Shown: positions 27,251 to 38,560 of the stretch, one piece after another
Position numbering within the stretch: the first letter of the stretch is position 1
How the letters are laid out: every line of letters begins with the position of its first letter
Source of the DNA: Camelus dromedarius
Lineage: Eukaryota
Length of the DNA: 64,000 nucleotides
Assembly (NCBI RefSeq): GCF_036321535.1
Contig: NC_087447.1
Span: forward strand, 40,612,001 to 40,676,000
Direction: 5' to 3'
Translations under genes and position numbers: made by a program
The notes under the pieces: model-generated
Seen by the model: only the letters and a program-made list of their open reading frames with translations
Database searches by the model: none
What the model was told of the DNA's origin: nothing

Positions 27251-28854
27251 ATTGGTGGGGGAGGAGTTCAAGCTGTTGGAACAGTGAGGAAGTTGAGAAG
27301 CAGGAAATAAGTGAACCAATAAACATGTCAAACCCGTGAATATTTTGTTCAGGGTAGAGCCCCTTAGTCCCTTGCTTAAAGCCTTTTTTTCCTCATTTAC
27401 ATCCAATTCTAATAATTCAGCTGTTTGTTTCCCCAATTTATAGCAGATTAAGAGTAACAATTTAAGAAAGAATGTGGGAGTGCAGCGGGGAAAAAAAACC
27501 CCACACCGGCAGCTGTGAAAAGCGGTAGGTTGATTGTAAGGAACGACACACACTAAAAATATTAAACGAACTCAATTCGTTCAGCAGGTTGTGATTACTC
27601 AATGCAAAGGCAAATAGCCCTACCCCAATGCCATCCTCCTGTTGTTAAGTCAGTACCTGGTCACTTTAGTGATTAATTTGAGTCCACCACAGCGTTCCAT
27701 ACCGACCTCTCTTAAAGTCAGGAAAACGGGGACGACGCCCCGTTCCCAGCAGCCCTTGCGAGTTGCTAAGTTGTTGCGGGAACCATCCGAAGATAGGGTT
27801 GCTGGATTAGAGGGGCTGGAGTTTGGTTAAAACCTCCGGCCTGTCATCAGTGAACCCAGAACTTGAGCTGAGGCAAAGTGACAGTGGCCATGGAGGCCAT
27901 GGGCCTCCTCCTTCAGAAGTTCAGCCCGGACACTGTCTAGACTGCTGCAGCCTTTTAGGGATTTGGAAAGGTGGCAGCTGCTAGGGAACTTCCTTAGAGA
28001 AGCACACGGTATAGCTGAGCCCTCAGCTCCTGGACTCCGGGATTTCACTGAGTGACGGGCGTGGCTCCAGTGCCGCCGATGTGGGCCCTGGCCCACAATG
28101 AGTGTGGGATGCCCTCTGTCCTGCGTGGACTTAAATTCCTTCTTCTCCAGGATGTCTTCCAGCACCCCGTACTCACACATCATCCCTGAGGCGGTGATGC
28201 CTGACTTTTCACAGTTGGCCGTGTCAGATGCCAGCCTCAGGGTGCCTCAACTTACCTGTTATCTTGCTTGAGTGGATAGAAGGATGGCCAGGGAGCTGAG
28301 TGGATGGAAGACTCCTGCACAGCTTATTCTGTTTTAGGTGCCTTCTTTTGTTGTTGCTAGCAAAGTTAACAGACTAAAAATAAAAATGTTCTGTTCTTTG
28401 ATTAAGATCTGGAAGGTTGAAATATGAAAAAATACTGTGAAGAGTAGGGAGGCCCCTTGGGCCTTGATTGTGTAAGGATCTAGATCCCTTGTTGCCTCTT
28501 CCAACAATTCTGGACTCTCGGCCTCCACTGAGTTACTGGAGACATTGGATTCCATCTTGGAGGGCGGCCACTAGGGAAAAAATCTTCAGTAGAAGATAAT
28601 TGGGTAGATCTGAGAGGTCAGCTCTGGACCTCAGCTTTTTACTCAGTTATGACGTTCTGGATAGGATGACCATTGTAAGTGTGACCGTTGGAGCTGTGAT
28701 GTCTCTTGCACAACTTTTGCTAGCTTGCATTTTAGGTATTTTTTTCTTGCTATAATAAATATAATTTTTTCATTGTTTTCCAATTTTTTTGATCTGTAGA
28801 AAAGCAATTGATTCTTGTTTATTGATCATATATCCAGCAACTTGTTTAATTACC

Positions 28855-29525
28855 TTATTTATTTATTATTGAAGTATAATTGACTTACAAAATTATACTA
28901 GTTTAGGTGTATGACATAGTGATTTGATATTTTTATACATTACAAAATGATCACCACGATAAGTCTAGTTACCATCTGTCATCATACAAAGTTATTACAA
29001 TATTATTGACTATATTCCCTATGCTGCCCATTACTTCTGCATGTAATGGGATTAGTTTCATTGTAACTGAAAGTTTGCATCTCTTAATTTCCCTCACCTC
29101 TTTCACTCATCTGTCCCCTCTGCTCCCCTCTGGCAGCCACCAGTTTGTTTCTGTACCTATGAGTTTTTCTGTTAATATGTTTGTTTTGTTTTTTAGATTC
29201 CATATATAAGTGAAATTATATAGTATTTATCTTTCTCTGTCTGACTTATTTCACTTAGCACAATACCCTCTAGGTCCATGCATGCTGTTGCAAATGACAA
29301 GATTTCATTCTTTTTTGTGGCTGAGTAATATTCCATTTTATTTATATACTGCATCTTCTTTATCCCTTCATCTATTAGTGGATATTTAGGTTTCTTCCTT
29401 ATCTTGGCTATTGAAAATAATGCTGCAATGAACATAGGGGTGCATGTATCTTTTCAAATTAGTGTTTATGTTGCCTTCAGAAAAATACCCAGAAATGGAA
29501 TTGCTAGATTGTAAGGTAGTTCTGT
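28855..29525 (-). mobile_element. L1 3' end (ORF2 C-terminus plus 3'UTR), next to an older L1 fragment at ~28720-28855
   Basis: Peptide MFIAALFSIAK...MEYYSATKKNEILSFATACMDLEGIVLSEISQTEKDKY is the canonical ORF2 C-terminus. Confidence 0.93.
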
Positions 29526-30599
29526 CAAACTGCTTGGAAACATGAGGTCCTAAGCACTCTCTTCTGGAGTCTGTCAGCTCTCTCATCATCCTTGCAAATG
29601 CCTGGATAAGGGATTCCATGCACAGTGGAGGATTACTAGCATATACCTAGATCCTCTGTGGGTTTGGACTCTGTTGGAAGAGTTTGTATTGGTGTCTGTA
29701 AATACATCCTGCCACATCAGCTTATCCATTGGCACCTGCTGAGGCTGTTTTATCTGGAATCATCTATCTGAGTACTTTGTACTTTTGTGCATCTGCATTT
29801 GTCTTGGAACCAAGTTTATAGAAGTCCTTTGATGACAGATTCCACAGTTCTCTGAGGAGGGGCTCTGGGCCTGTTGCAAATGCAAGCTGTCCCCGGCTCT
29901 GGTCTCTGGTTCTGTCACAGGAAGCAGATTGTTGACTCTCTCCCAGCTGCTTCTTGCCACTTGCAATTTATGCTTTCTACCGAAATCACTCTGTTCTGAA
30001 CAAGCCAGTCACCTCACTGTGGTGAGGAGGTTGTGTGTCTACTGAATATTTTATTTACCATCTGGCTGGCAGCAAAGCACAGAACATACTTATGGGCCAA
30101 TAATGCCCCAGACCATCATATACCAATCCTGAAAAGGTCACTTGCTTCTCCTCATGCCTGGCTGGCACCAGCAATCCCTCACACAGGTCCTGTGCTATTC
30201 CTTTGAGGCTTTGGGAAGGAGGGCTCTCTGCTGTGAAGCAGCTGAAGGAGGTTTCTGTCCTTTTACCCAGGCATGAGGGAAGCCTCCAGGCATTTTGTAA
30301 GAAGAGGGGCATTTTGCCATCCCAGCTCCTCATCTTCCTGCCTTCCTGAAGCCCACATGAGTAAGCAGGGAAGCACCTTTCATGGGTTTGAGGAAATCTG
30401 TGACTGTACTTCTGCTATCAGTAGGGGCTCAATAAATGTGACTTCCCTTTCCAGATCCTCTCCTTTGGAAAGGGATGATTTTGTAGCTCTTTTCCTTGCT
30501 CAGGGGACAACATCCAGTTAGGGTTTGAAAGTGCTTCTGTTTTTAGCAATCCTCTTTGAAGATGCAAATACTTTCAAGAGGTCTCTCACTCTGGGTCTT

Positions 30600-30665
30600 T
30601 TTCCTTCCTCCCTTCCTCCCTTCCTTCCTTCCCTCCCTCCTTCCTTCCTTTCTTTTTTTTTTTTT
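30600..30665. repeat. (TTCC/TCCC)n plus poly-T polypyrimidine tract
   Basis: Direct reading. Confidence 0.85.
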
Positions 30666-30715
30666 ATTGAAGTCTTAATCAGCAGTTGTTCCATCACTAA
30701 AGATAGATACCCAGG

Positions 30716-30905
30716 AGGCGTGTGGTATACAGAAAGAGTACTGGACTTGGTGTCAGAAGCCCTCTACCAATTTTTCTCATCAGTATTTACCTTAGGTACA
30801 GTTTCCTCATCTGGAAAATGGGTATGATAATAACTTACCTTATGGGGTGGTTGTGAAGATCAGGAGGAGATATGTGTGAACAGGACTCTGTGGGTTGAAC
30901 AGTGC
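30716..30905 (+). mobile_element. MIR SINE
   Basis: CAGTTTCCTCATCTGGAAAATGGG...GGTTGTGAAGAT core. Confidence 0.8.
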
Positions 30906-31177
30906 TAGTATACCCTACCTGCCTTAGAGTGTCTAGGGTGTCAAATAAGACATATCATGCTATTCTGTGTAGTTCTGCTTGGTTCTACTTATATAAATTG
31001 TGTAGAAAATTGATACTCATCCCTTTAAGTAATAAAACATTAAAAATACATATTTAGTCCTTGGACTACAGAAGGGTTAGGGCTCCTCAATATATGCTAT
31101 AAAATACGTATAATTGTGGATTAGAAATGAAATACCATGATTTATTATCTAAATAAAAGTATTAAGTACTATTAAAA

Positions 31178-31410
31178 CTAACATGTGTTGAATACTTACC
31201 ACAGACTCAGTACCAATCTTTACAAATTACATTTAATCTTCACAACAATCCTCTGAGGTAGATCTTCCATTTTACAGAGGAGGAGATTGAGATACAGAAA
31301 CTTAAGCAGCTTTCCCAGATTCACAGAACTAGTAAATGGCAGATCAGATCTAGAATTCAAACCCAGGCTTGCCTAGTTACATGTGTGTAACCGCCATGCT
31401 CTGTTGCTTT
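31178..31410 (-). mobile_element. MIR SINE
   Basis: ATTTAATCTTCACAACAATCCT...CCATTTTACAGAGGAGGAGA...ATTCAAACCCAGG. Confidence 0.8.
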
Positions 31411-32204
31411 CCTAATCAATGTATCTCCTACTGAGCATTCTTTTCAAGTACAGGAAGCCAAATCTTTTACTGAATCTCCACTAGCAGGCAACATAGTGTT
31501 AGTTATGTAAAGTACACAAAAACTAAGAAATGGCTCTGAGGGAGCAAAAGGAAGAGGTGGTGGTTGATAACATTCTGGCTCTCACAACATGGTGATATGG
31601 TCACGTGTCTTGATGATTCCTTTTATCTTTTTCAATAGGAAACACCTACAATTAGTATAAGTAGCTTAAGAATTGTGTGTGTGCACGCTTGTGTATATAT
31701 TTGTTCCATTTGACAAAAATCTCCCTCCTATGGTATTGCTCTCTTCCCTTTGGCCATAAACCATGAAGGATGGCCATTTTCCTGATGATGAAGAATAATT
31801 GTGAATATCAAAGACTGAGTTGTGTTTGGTGTGATGTGCTCAAAGCCTACCAAGGTGTAAGACTGGGATGTTCTCTTGTTCACTAAGTGAAATTATTATT
31901 CCTGTTTTACAGATTAAGAAACAGGTCTAGAGTAGCTACAAGCCTAGCTCAGGTCACAAAGCAGGACAGCAACCAGTGTGAAACAGACTTCATCATGACC
32001 AAAGAAATAATTTTTTAAATTAGAAAAAAATCGAATTTCAGAAGTATAACATTAAGTAATATACACTGAAAAAATTCAGATTTTACAGATGAGCCTGGTA
32101 AAAGTTCAGCAGTTGGCCACTACCTTTAATTGTGGTTCTTTTTCCAAAGAAAGCCTATGATTAACAGTTTCGTGTGTATCGCTTCTCAGATTTTATTTTA
32201 TATG

Positions 32205-32345
32205 TGACTCATCTCAGGATTTTGTTAAAATGCAGATTCTGATTCAGTGGATGTGGGACGGGCCTGATACTCCACGATTCTAATAAGCACCCGACTGATG
32301 CTGAAGCTACTGGTCCGTGGACCACACTTTGAGTACAAGTCGTAG
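32205..32345. mobile_element. MER5A-like hAT MITE within an old L1ME fragment (~32030-32740)
   Basis: TTGTTAAAATGCAGATTCTGATTCAGT...GGACCACACTTTGAGTA. Confidence 0.8.
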
Positions 32346-33283
32346 GGTATGTTCATTTAAAATTTCATCATTCCTGCAAACTGCATTCCAGAGTGACTGT
32401 ACCAATTGCATGTTCACCAGCAGGAAATATTAGTACTTATTTTCCTTATATTCTCTCTAATACTTGAAAATCATCACATTAAATCTGTCAGTCTGACGGG
32501 AGAGATATGGTATCTGTATTTTTAAAAATGTGTTTCCTGATACTTTTAACAAGTTTAGGCATCCTTTCATATATGTATTGGATATTTATAATTTCTCTTT
32601 AGTTCATTCCTTGTTCATATTCTTAGTCCATTTTTCTGTTTGCATATTTTGCCTCTCTATTTTGTTGGTTTATGTGAATTCTTTATATGTTCTGGATATC
32701 AATCTTTGGTGTATTAAATATCTTGCAGATATTTTCCTCTAGGTCTAAAGAACAAATTCCCACCCAGCAGAGCTGTCCAGTGATTGAATGGAAATGGAGC
32801 TGTTCAGAAGTTGCATAATCACTAATTTGGGAGGAATTCGGTGCATCTACAACGGCTTGTGCCTTTCTTTTTTGTATTAATATAGTATATCAGTTAAGAG
32901 CTTATCAGACTGTCTTACAGTTGTTTATTTGATGGCCTCCTCCACTAAACAGTGATCTCCCTGAGGGCAAGGGTGCTGGCCTTTAAGTCATCTCTGTGTT
33001 ACCAGTAGCCAGCACTTGGGTCTAGCACAGAGCAGGTACTCAGAAATATTTAGTGGATAAATAAGTAGACAGATGCTTAGATGACTCTAAAAGCAGGATT
33101 CCAGTCAGGGTCTGCCCTGCGATTCAGCGAGGAGTTACTTTGGGTCTTTCAATAAGGTGAGAGAGGAGGAACCAAGAGTCGTTTCTAGGACCCTTTGCTC
33201 CTAGTTAGAGGAATGTTCTCTCTGGGTAGCTTATCTCTCCTTAGGTTGACCTTTCAAATACTTTAGGGCTCAAAGATAGTAAA

Positions 33284-33495
33284 AATAACAATAGTCAATA
33301 CTTATATAGTGCCTTCAATGTGCTTTACATACATGAATTCATCTAATGCTCACAGCATCCCCATGAGGTGGGTATTATTATTATTATCCCCATTTTATAG
33401 ATGAAGAAACCAAGGCACAAAGAGGTTAAGTGATTTGCCCAAGATCATACCAGAAAATGGCAGGCCTGGAATATGAATCTCTGGCTTCTTAACCT
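33284..33495 (-). mobile_element. MIR SINE
   Basis: CCCCATTTTATAGATGAAGAAACCAAGGCACAAAGAGGTTAAGTGATTTGCCCAAG core. Confidence 0.85.
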
Positions 33496-33852
33496 GTGCT
33501 CAAGGGACAACAGGTGAAAAACACTAAGCCTGAGACAATGTAAGTACTAAAGAAACATTCCTCTCTTTTTTCACCACCTGTCCCCCAGAGGTATGCTTTT
33601 AGTCAATGGCATCTCAGCCCTGTGGCTTGGTAGGATGCAATCTTGGACCTATTGTTTCTCCTCAACCTTTGTCTCTGAACCTTGTATCCATCCCTGCTGG
33701 AAGCCCTAGTAATTTCTGTTCTCCTAGGGACTTGGAAAACCCACTCCCCATGTAGCCAGCCCAGGGATTGAGACTTTCCATTATCAAGGCTCATTTTTCC
33801 CCTGTAGCCCCCAAATCCCAATTGACACCTCTGGCCCCAAGGCTTTGCATGG

Positions 33853-33868
33853 TGCTGCCATCTGGTGG
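33853..33868 (-). promoter_or_regulatory. Candidate CTCF site
   Basis: Minus strand reads CCACCAGATGGCAGCA, a close match to the CTCF core consensus, in non-repeat DNA. Confidence 0.65.
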
Positions 33869-36355
33869 GTATAGATGACCACTGACATCATTCTCTGATG
33901 AATGACTCTTGCCATTGGCCCAGATTGGTCCCCTATTCCTCTTTAGCCCTCAGGTCATGGTACCCGACTCAGAATGTAATCAATTGGTAGACAAATTCCA
34001 TTAATGACTGGCTTCTCAACCCTGGTGGCAAAGATATTCCGAGTGAAGTCTTAGTATTTGATGGGATGACAGTGTGGCTGTGCTTGTGGGTACGAAGTTC
34101 TACTTAGCACCCTGTCACATCACATCAAGAGGGCAGCTGCCTACCCAATATAAAAGATGGGTAAAATCTAAAGATTGTACTGGAAAGACGCCATCAAGGA
34201 TCTCTAGCCCCTTTCATACGTTATTCAAGGTATTCACTTTCCTCTTGCAGCAGGAGTGGAAGGAGACCCTAGGTTCAAATTCTAGGCATAACTTTAAAGA
34301 AATAAATTGCACTAGAGTCTCTGCAAGACCTGCTCACATCCAGGAGCGATCCCCTGATAATCTTTAGCAGCTTTCCAGGCTCAGAAAAGAGACCCATAAT
34401 GAGACTGTGAGACTTAGGTTATATCCACATGTTTGTGTAAACTGGACAGGGCCCGGGGCAACTGATCATGCAAACAAAACCTCCGGGACTCAGTAGTTAC
34501 TTGTTGTGTCATTGAAATGAAGGCCAAATAAATGAATCTCTACCCAGGTATTGTTTATAGGAGGGCTTCCATTGGGGCCCTTTTCTGTCCTTGTGACTGT
34601 AAAATTTTTCTGGGTAAAGTCTTTGTGCTCCCTTCTAATTCCCTTGTCTAAAACCAAGGGATTAAGGGTCTTGAGCAGGCATTAAGCGGTCCTGGGGGCA
34701 ACAGTCCCTGAAACCAGCTCACTGCCCTACTGATGGTGAAGACAGACATTATGAATAGAAAGTCAACGTGCTGGAGCTCAGGTAGGCAAGACAAGCACCT
34801 TGATGCCTATAGTTTTATTCCCTATTAACTTTCATCAGGGGAGAGAGAACTGATATTGGTCAGTGTGGAAACCAAGTATTGCTCACCAGCAAATGGAGCT
34901 CATGGAACTCTACAGAGTTCACCATATCCTGGAAGGAAACCTCTTGTGATCCAGAGTCCTGCACTAATGAGAGCCCTTTCTGGTGCATGCTCTCGTTTAA
35001 TCTTCACAGCCAGTTCTTCAGCAAGTGTTATTTACTCTTGGCATGAGGGGAAACTGAACCCCAATGGTGCTTTGAAACTCATCCAAGCTCACAAAACTAG
35101 TAAGTGGTGGATCTGGCATTAGAGTCATGGAGTCTGGCAGCACCTCCAGTGAATATTCTTTGAACTGGTCAACTCGACCCTGTGACCTTTCAGAGAGAAG
35201 GGCCTGTTCTACACTCTTGTTGCATTCACCCCCTTCCACAATTACAAATATATGAAAGGACCAGGTGGACAACAATTTAAGGTCACACAACCTGCTTTGT
35301 TTTCTCCTTGAACGTTATTTCTAAACTTGGGTCCCCGCCCCCCATTAAGAATGTGAAAAATGAGTACTGCTCCTCTGTCTAGACTTGTGGTGGTTTAGGA
35401 AAATCCTAGGAAGGGCTGAACTTCTAGGTCTGCTCCTGGGAGAGAGTGCGAAACAGAAGGAATAATTAGACCTTTGCCATTAGCTGTACTCGAGGCCTTT
35501 GCTTGTAAATTCATCCAATCAAAAGAAAGTTCAGACCCTCTGTCTGTGATCTGATTATACTTTCAGAGGAGAAGAAAGGGAGACAGATTTTATTTCCTCA
35601 TGGGTGCAGATTTCTGTACCTTGATTTTTTTCAGAAATAGTGCATCGTCTCTCTTCTCATACATATACATACTATCATCTGCTCTCTCCCCAACCCACAC
35701 CTATTGTTCTCTCTTCTAGTTATGGGTAAAGAAATCTTCTGACATCCCTAGTTGGTGTCTGTTTTCACAGCACCTTTTGGGAGTTATCGTGAGCAAAGCA
35801 CTGGTTAAAGTGCCCCTCCCTTGCTTTCATGCTCTCCCTCTGGTGGGGACAGTTCTTTGAGTCCAGAAGACATCACTTGAGGGAGCCACCTTGAGTACTG
35901 GAACCATGGCTGGGTGGGGTGCTGGCACCCAAAGTGACACTCTTCAGGACAGGAAAATGCACCCCACAGTTGGAGAAGGGGATTGAAATCTGTTTTAAAA
36001 AGGCTTTGTTTGAAGGAATTTTATTCAGGTTCTGAGAAGTGAATAATAAAAGATGAATAATATGAATAAGTATTTGCTCTAATAACAAACAAAATAGTGT
36101 CAGGAACTGGAGTCCAGCCATGCCCCTCTGCTGGCAGGCACACTTCTCTCCTTCCTAACATCAATCACAAACAGCATGTACAGGGACTTTACAGTTCACA
36201 GAGAGCTTAATCCCCCCAGGGATATTTCTGTGCAGGATCTCCCTAGGCACTGGAATGAGTCTGGTGCCACTTAAATGACAACTGGGGTTACAGGACATAG
36301 TTTGTCCTGGGAGCTTCACAGACGTTAAAAAAAAATATATATATATATATATAGC

Positions 36356-36415
36356 TAGGGGCAAAAATCTTCCAGGAGATAGGTGTAGGGGCAAAAATCT
36401 TCCAGGAGATGGGTG
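36356..36415. repeat. 30-bp tandem duplication
   Basis: TAGGGGCAAAAATCTTCCAGGAGAT(A/G)GGTG twice, with one mismatch. Confidence 0.95.
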
Positions 36416-36479
36416 ATGGTCCAGAATCTTCATGGAGATACCTAAGAGGGTTGGAGGGTTGGCTCCTTGGACAGTTGCT

Positions 36480-38560
36480 GAGTCTGGAGACATCCAGGAG
36501 GCGGGCTGACTGGGTGGAGGTCGAAGTGAGGCCAAGGAAGAAGTGGACGCCTACCGGGCCTGACCAAGGGCAAGACCGGACGGGCGATCCGGCCCACGCT
36601 TCCCTGGCTTCTCTGCGTCCTAGCAACCATGAAAAGGGAAGAGGAGTGGCCGGGACGGATGAGGGGTTCTGGGCCGCGCGACCTCCTGAAGGCTGGAGGT
36701 TCCTGCGCAAGAACAAGAGGTGGAATACCCCTAATGGTGGAATCTGCCGACCTCGGGCTGGGACTGGCGGCGCGCCCTCTCCAGGAGCCTCGGGTCTGGG
36801 GCAGCCGGCGCGGGCGCGGGCGCGGGCGCGGGTGGAGGATAGGGAGCGTCCCTGTGGGGCGGGAGCCAGGGGCGGCCAGCAGGTGGGGCCCGGAGACCGG
36901 ACTCCGCCCCCCGCGCCCTCTCCGTTGGTCCGCGACAGCCCAGCCCCGGCCCTTCTCTCGAGCCGGAGCGCGATTGGTGGCGGCGCTTGTCGCTCGAAGG
37001 GGGCCGGGCCGCTGGGCTCCGTGGCTCTCCCCGCCGCCGCCGCCGCCGCCCCCGTCCTTCTAGCAGCGCGGGCAGGTCGGACCGCCAAGGCAACCGGCGC
37101 CGGGCGATGGGAAGCGGCACAGCCGCGGACCCAGGCTGTGACAAAGTTTCCCAGGCGCGCGTATCAGGGCGCGCGTCTGCCGACCACCCGTGACCGCTCC
37201 GAGAAGGGCTCGGAGATTTTTAATTTGGAAAAAAAAATCCACCTCATTTCCTTTGTCAAGCTCTCCGGGCGGCCAGCGGCTGGAGCTCCAAACTTGAGCA
37301 CGGCAGCTCCACCGTCAGCTTTCGGGCTTTGGAGAACGTCGGGACTCAGGTGCTCCGGCGCCCCGCGGCCCCGGGCGTGCTAGGGGGTGTGAGGGCGGGG
37401 GAGTCCGGGGTGCGCTGAGAGGAGCCCCGGGAGCTCTATATGGAGGAGGGAGTCCAGAATGGTGTGCACCAGGAAGACCAAAACTTTGGTGTCCACTTGC
37501 GTGATCCTGAGCGGCATGACCAACATCATATGTCTGCTCTACGTGGGCTGGGTCACCAACTACATCGCCAGCGTGTATGTACGGGGGCAAGAGCCGTCGC
37601 CCGACAAGAAGCTGGAGGAAGACAAAGGGGACACCCTGAAGATTATTGAACGGCTAGACCACCTGGAGAATGTCATCAAGCAGCATATCCAAGGTACGGA
37701 CGCCCTGGGAAACTTGGGCCGCCCACTGGGCCAGTGTGCGGAGCCGCGCGGGGTGCGCTGGGGCTGGTGCGCATCTATTGAGCGACTGCGGGGCTCTGAG
37801 GCCGCAGACGCTTAGGGGGCCGCGTGTCCGCTCTTGCCTGAGTGTGCAACCCTCAGTGTCTGCGGCCGTGCGCGTTTCTCCAGGGCACACGTGTGTGCGC
37901 GGGGCTCCACGCACGGGTGTGTGCAGCTCGCTGGCGGTATGGGGGCGCGCTGCGCACGTGTCCCAGTGTGGGTGACTACCGGCTGGTTGCTCGAGGGCTC
38001 TCGGGATCGCACGCCGGTCTGGCTCAGGGTGTTCCTACGGGTGAATGTTGGTGTGTGTACAAGGGAGCGCGCGCGGGCAATCAAACTCACTTGGCTGCTG
38101 TAGGGTCCAGGGCGAGATACCCGAGCGGCCCCAGCTGTTGGCCTTTAGGACCCGCAAGCTGCGGGAGGAGCAGGGCGGGGAAGACTGCACGGCCCCAGCC
38201 CCAGCCCGAGCTCCAGCTCCGCTGTGAGCGGCCGATTGGCGGTTAGAAGTGCAGGGGGAATCTGTGGCTGGGAGTGCTGTCTGAACCGTAGTGATCCTCA
38301 CTCCACCACAGCCCGCGGGTCCAAGACCCTCTCCAGAAGCAAGTGTTGGCGCGGGAAAGAAGCGTGGGAGCCTGGAGCTCTGTCCACTGCGGTGCTGCCT
38401 CCGCCCAGGACCAGGGAGCTGCCGCCCTGGGCTGCCGGTGAAGGCCATTCCCTGTTCCCTCGGGTAGCTCCACTCCCAGGCTCAGGGAGCGTCTGGGGCA
38501 GAGCAGACAGATCCACGCGGGGTTGGTCTGGAGTCTAAGGCTGAGCCCCGTGATTGCGCT
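36480..38560 (+). promoter_or_regulatory. CpG island / TATA-less promoter and 5'UTR of GALNT18
   Basis: Abrupt rise in GC and CpG density. GC boxes (GGGGCGGG ~36856, CCGCCC ~36904), inverted CCAAT (ATTGG 36973-36977), (CCG)n at 37031-37050, CACGTG E-boxes in early intron 1. Confidence 0.9.
37459..37693 (+). CDS. GALNT18: Polypeptide N-acetylgalactosaminyltransferase 18, coding exon 1 (cytoplasmic tail, type II TM anchor, start of stem); partial gene
   Basis: Translation MVCTRKTKTLVSTCVILSGMTNIICLLYVGWVTNYIASVYVRGQEPSPDKKLEEDKGDTLKIIERLDHLENVIKQHIQ matches the recalled GALNT18 (GALNTL4) N-terminus. Strong Kozak context (agaATGG). Ends CAA G|GTACGG: 235 nt, phase-1 donor, consistent with the next residue being Glu. 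Lies within a CpG island. Confidence 0.96.

Noticed and set aside
27827..28555. Minus-strand ORFs of 118 and 73 aa as a possible pseudogene
   Set aside because: No recognisable protein family, poly-A tail or TSD.
36288..37383. Long ORFs over the CpG island (324 aa on +, 266 aa on -)
   Set aside because: Low-complexity Ala/Gly/Pro/Arg peptides expected from stop-poor GC-rich DNA. No recognisable domain, and they overlap the promoter.
37694..37815. ORF-track extension of GALNT18 (GTDALGNL...)
   Set aside because: Read-through past the GT donor into intron 1. Similarity to GALNT18 ends at QHIQ.
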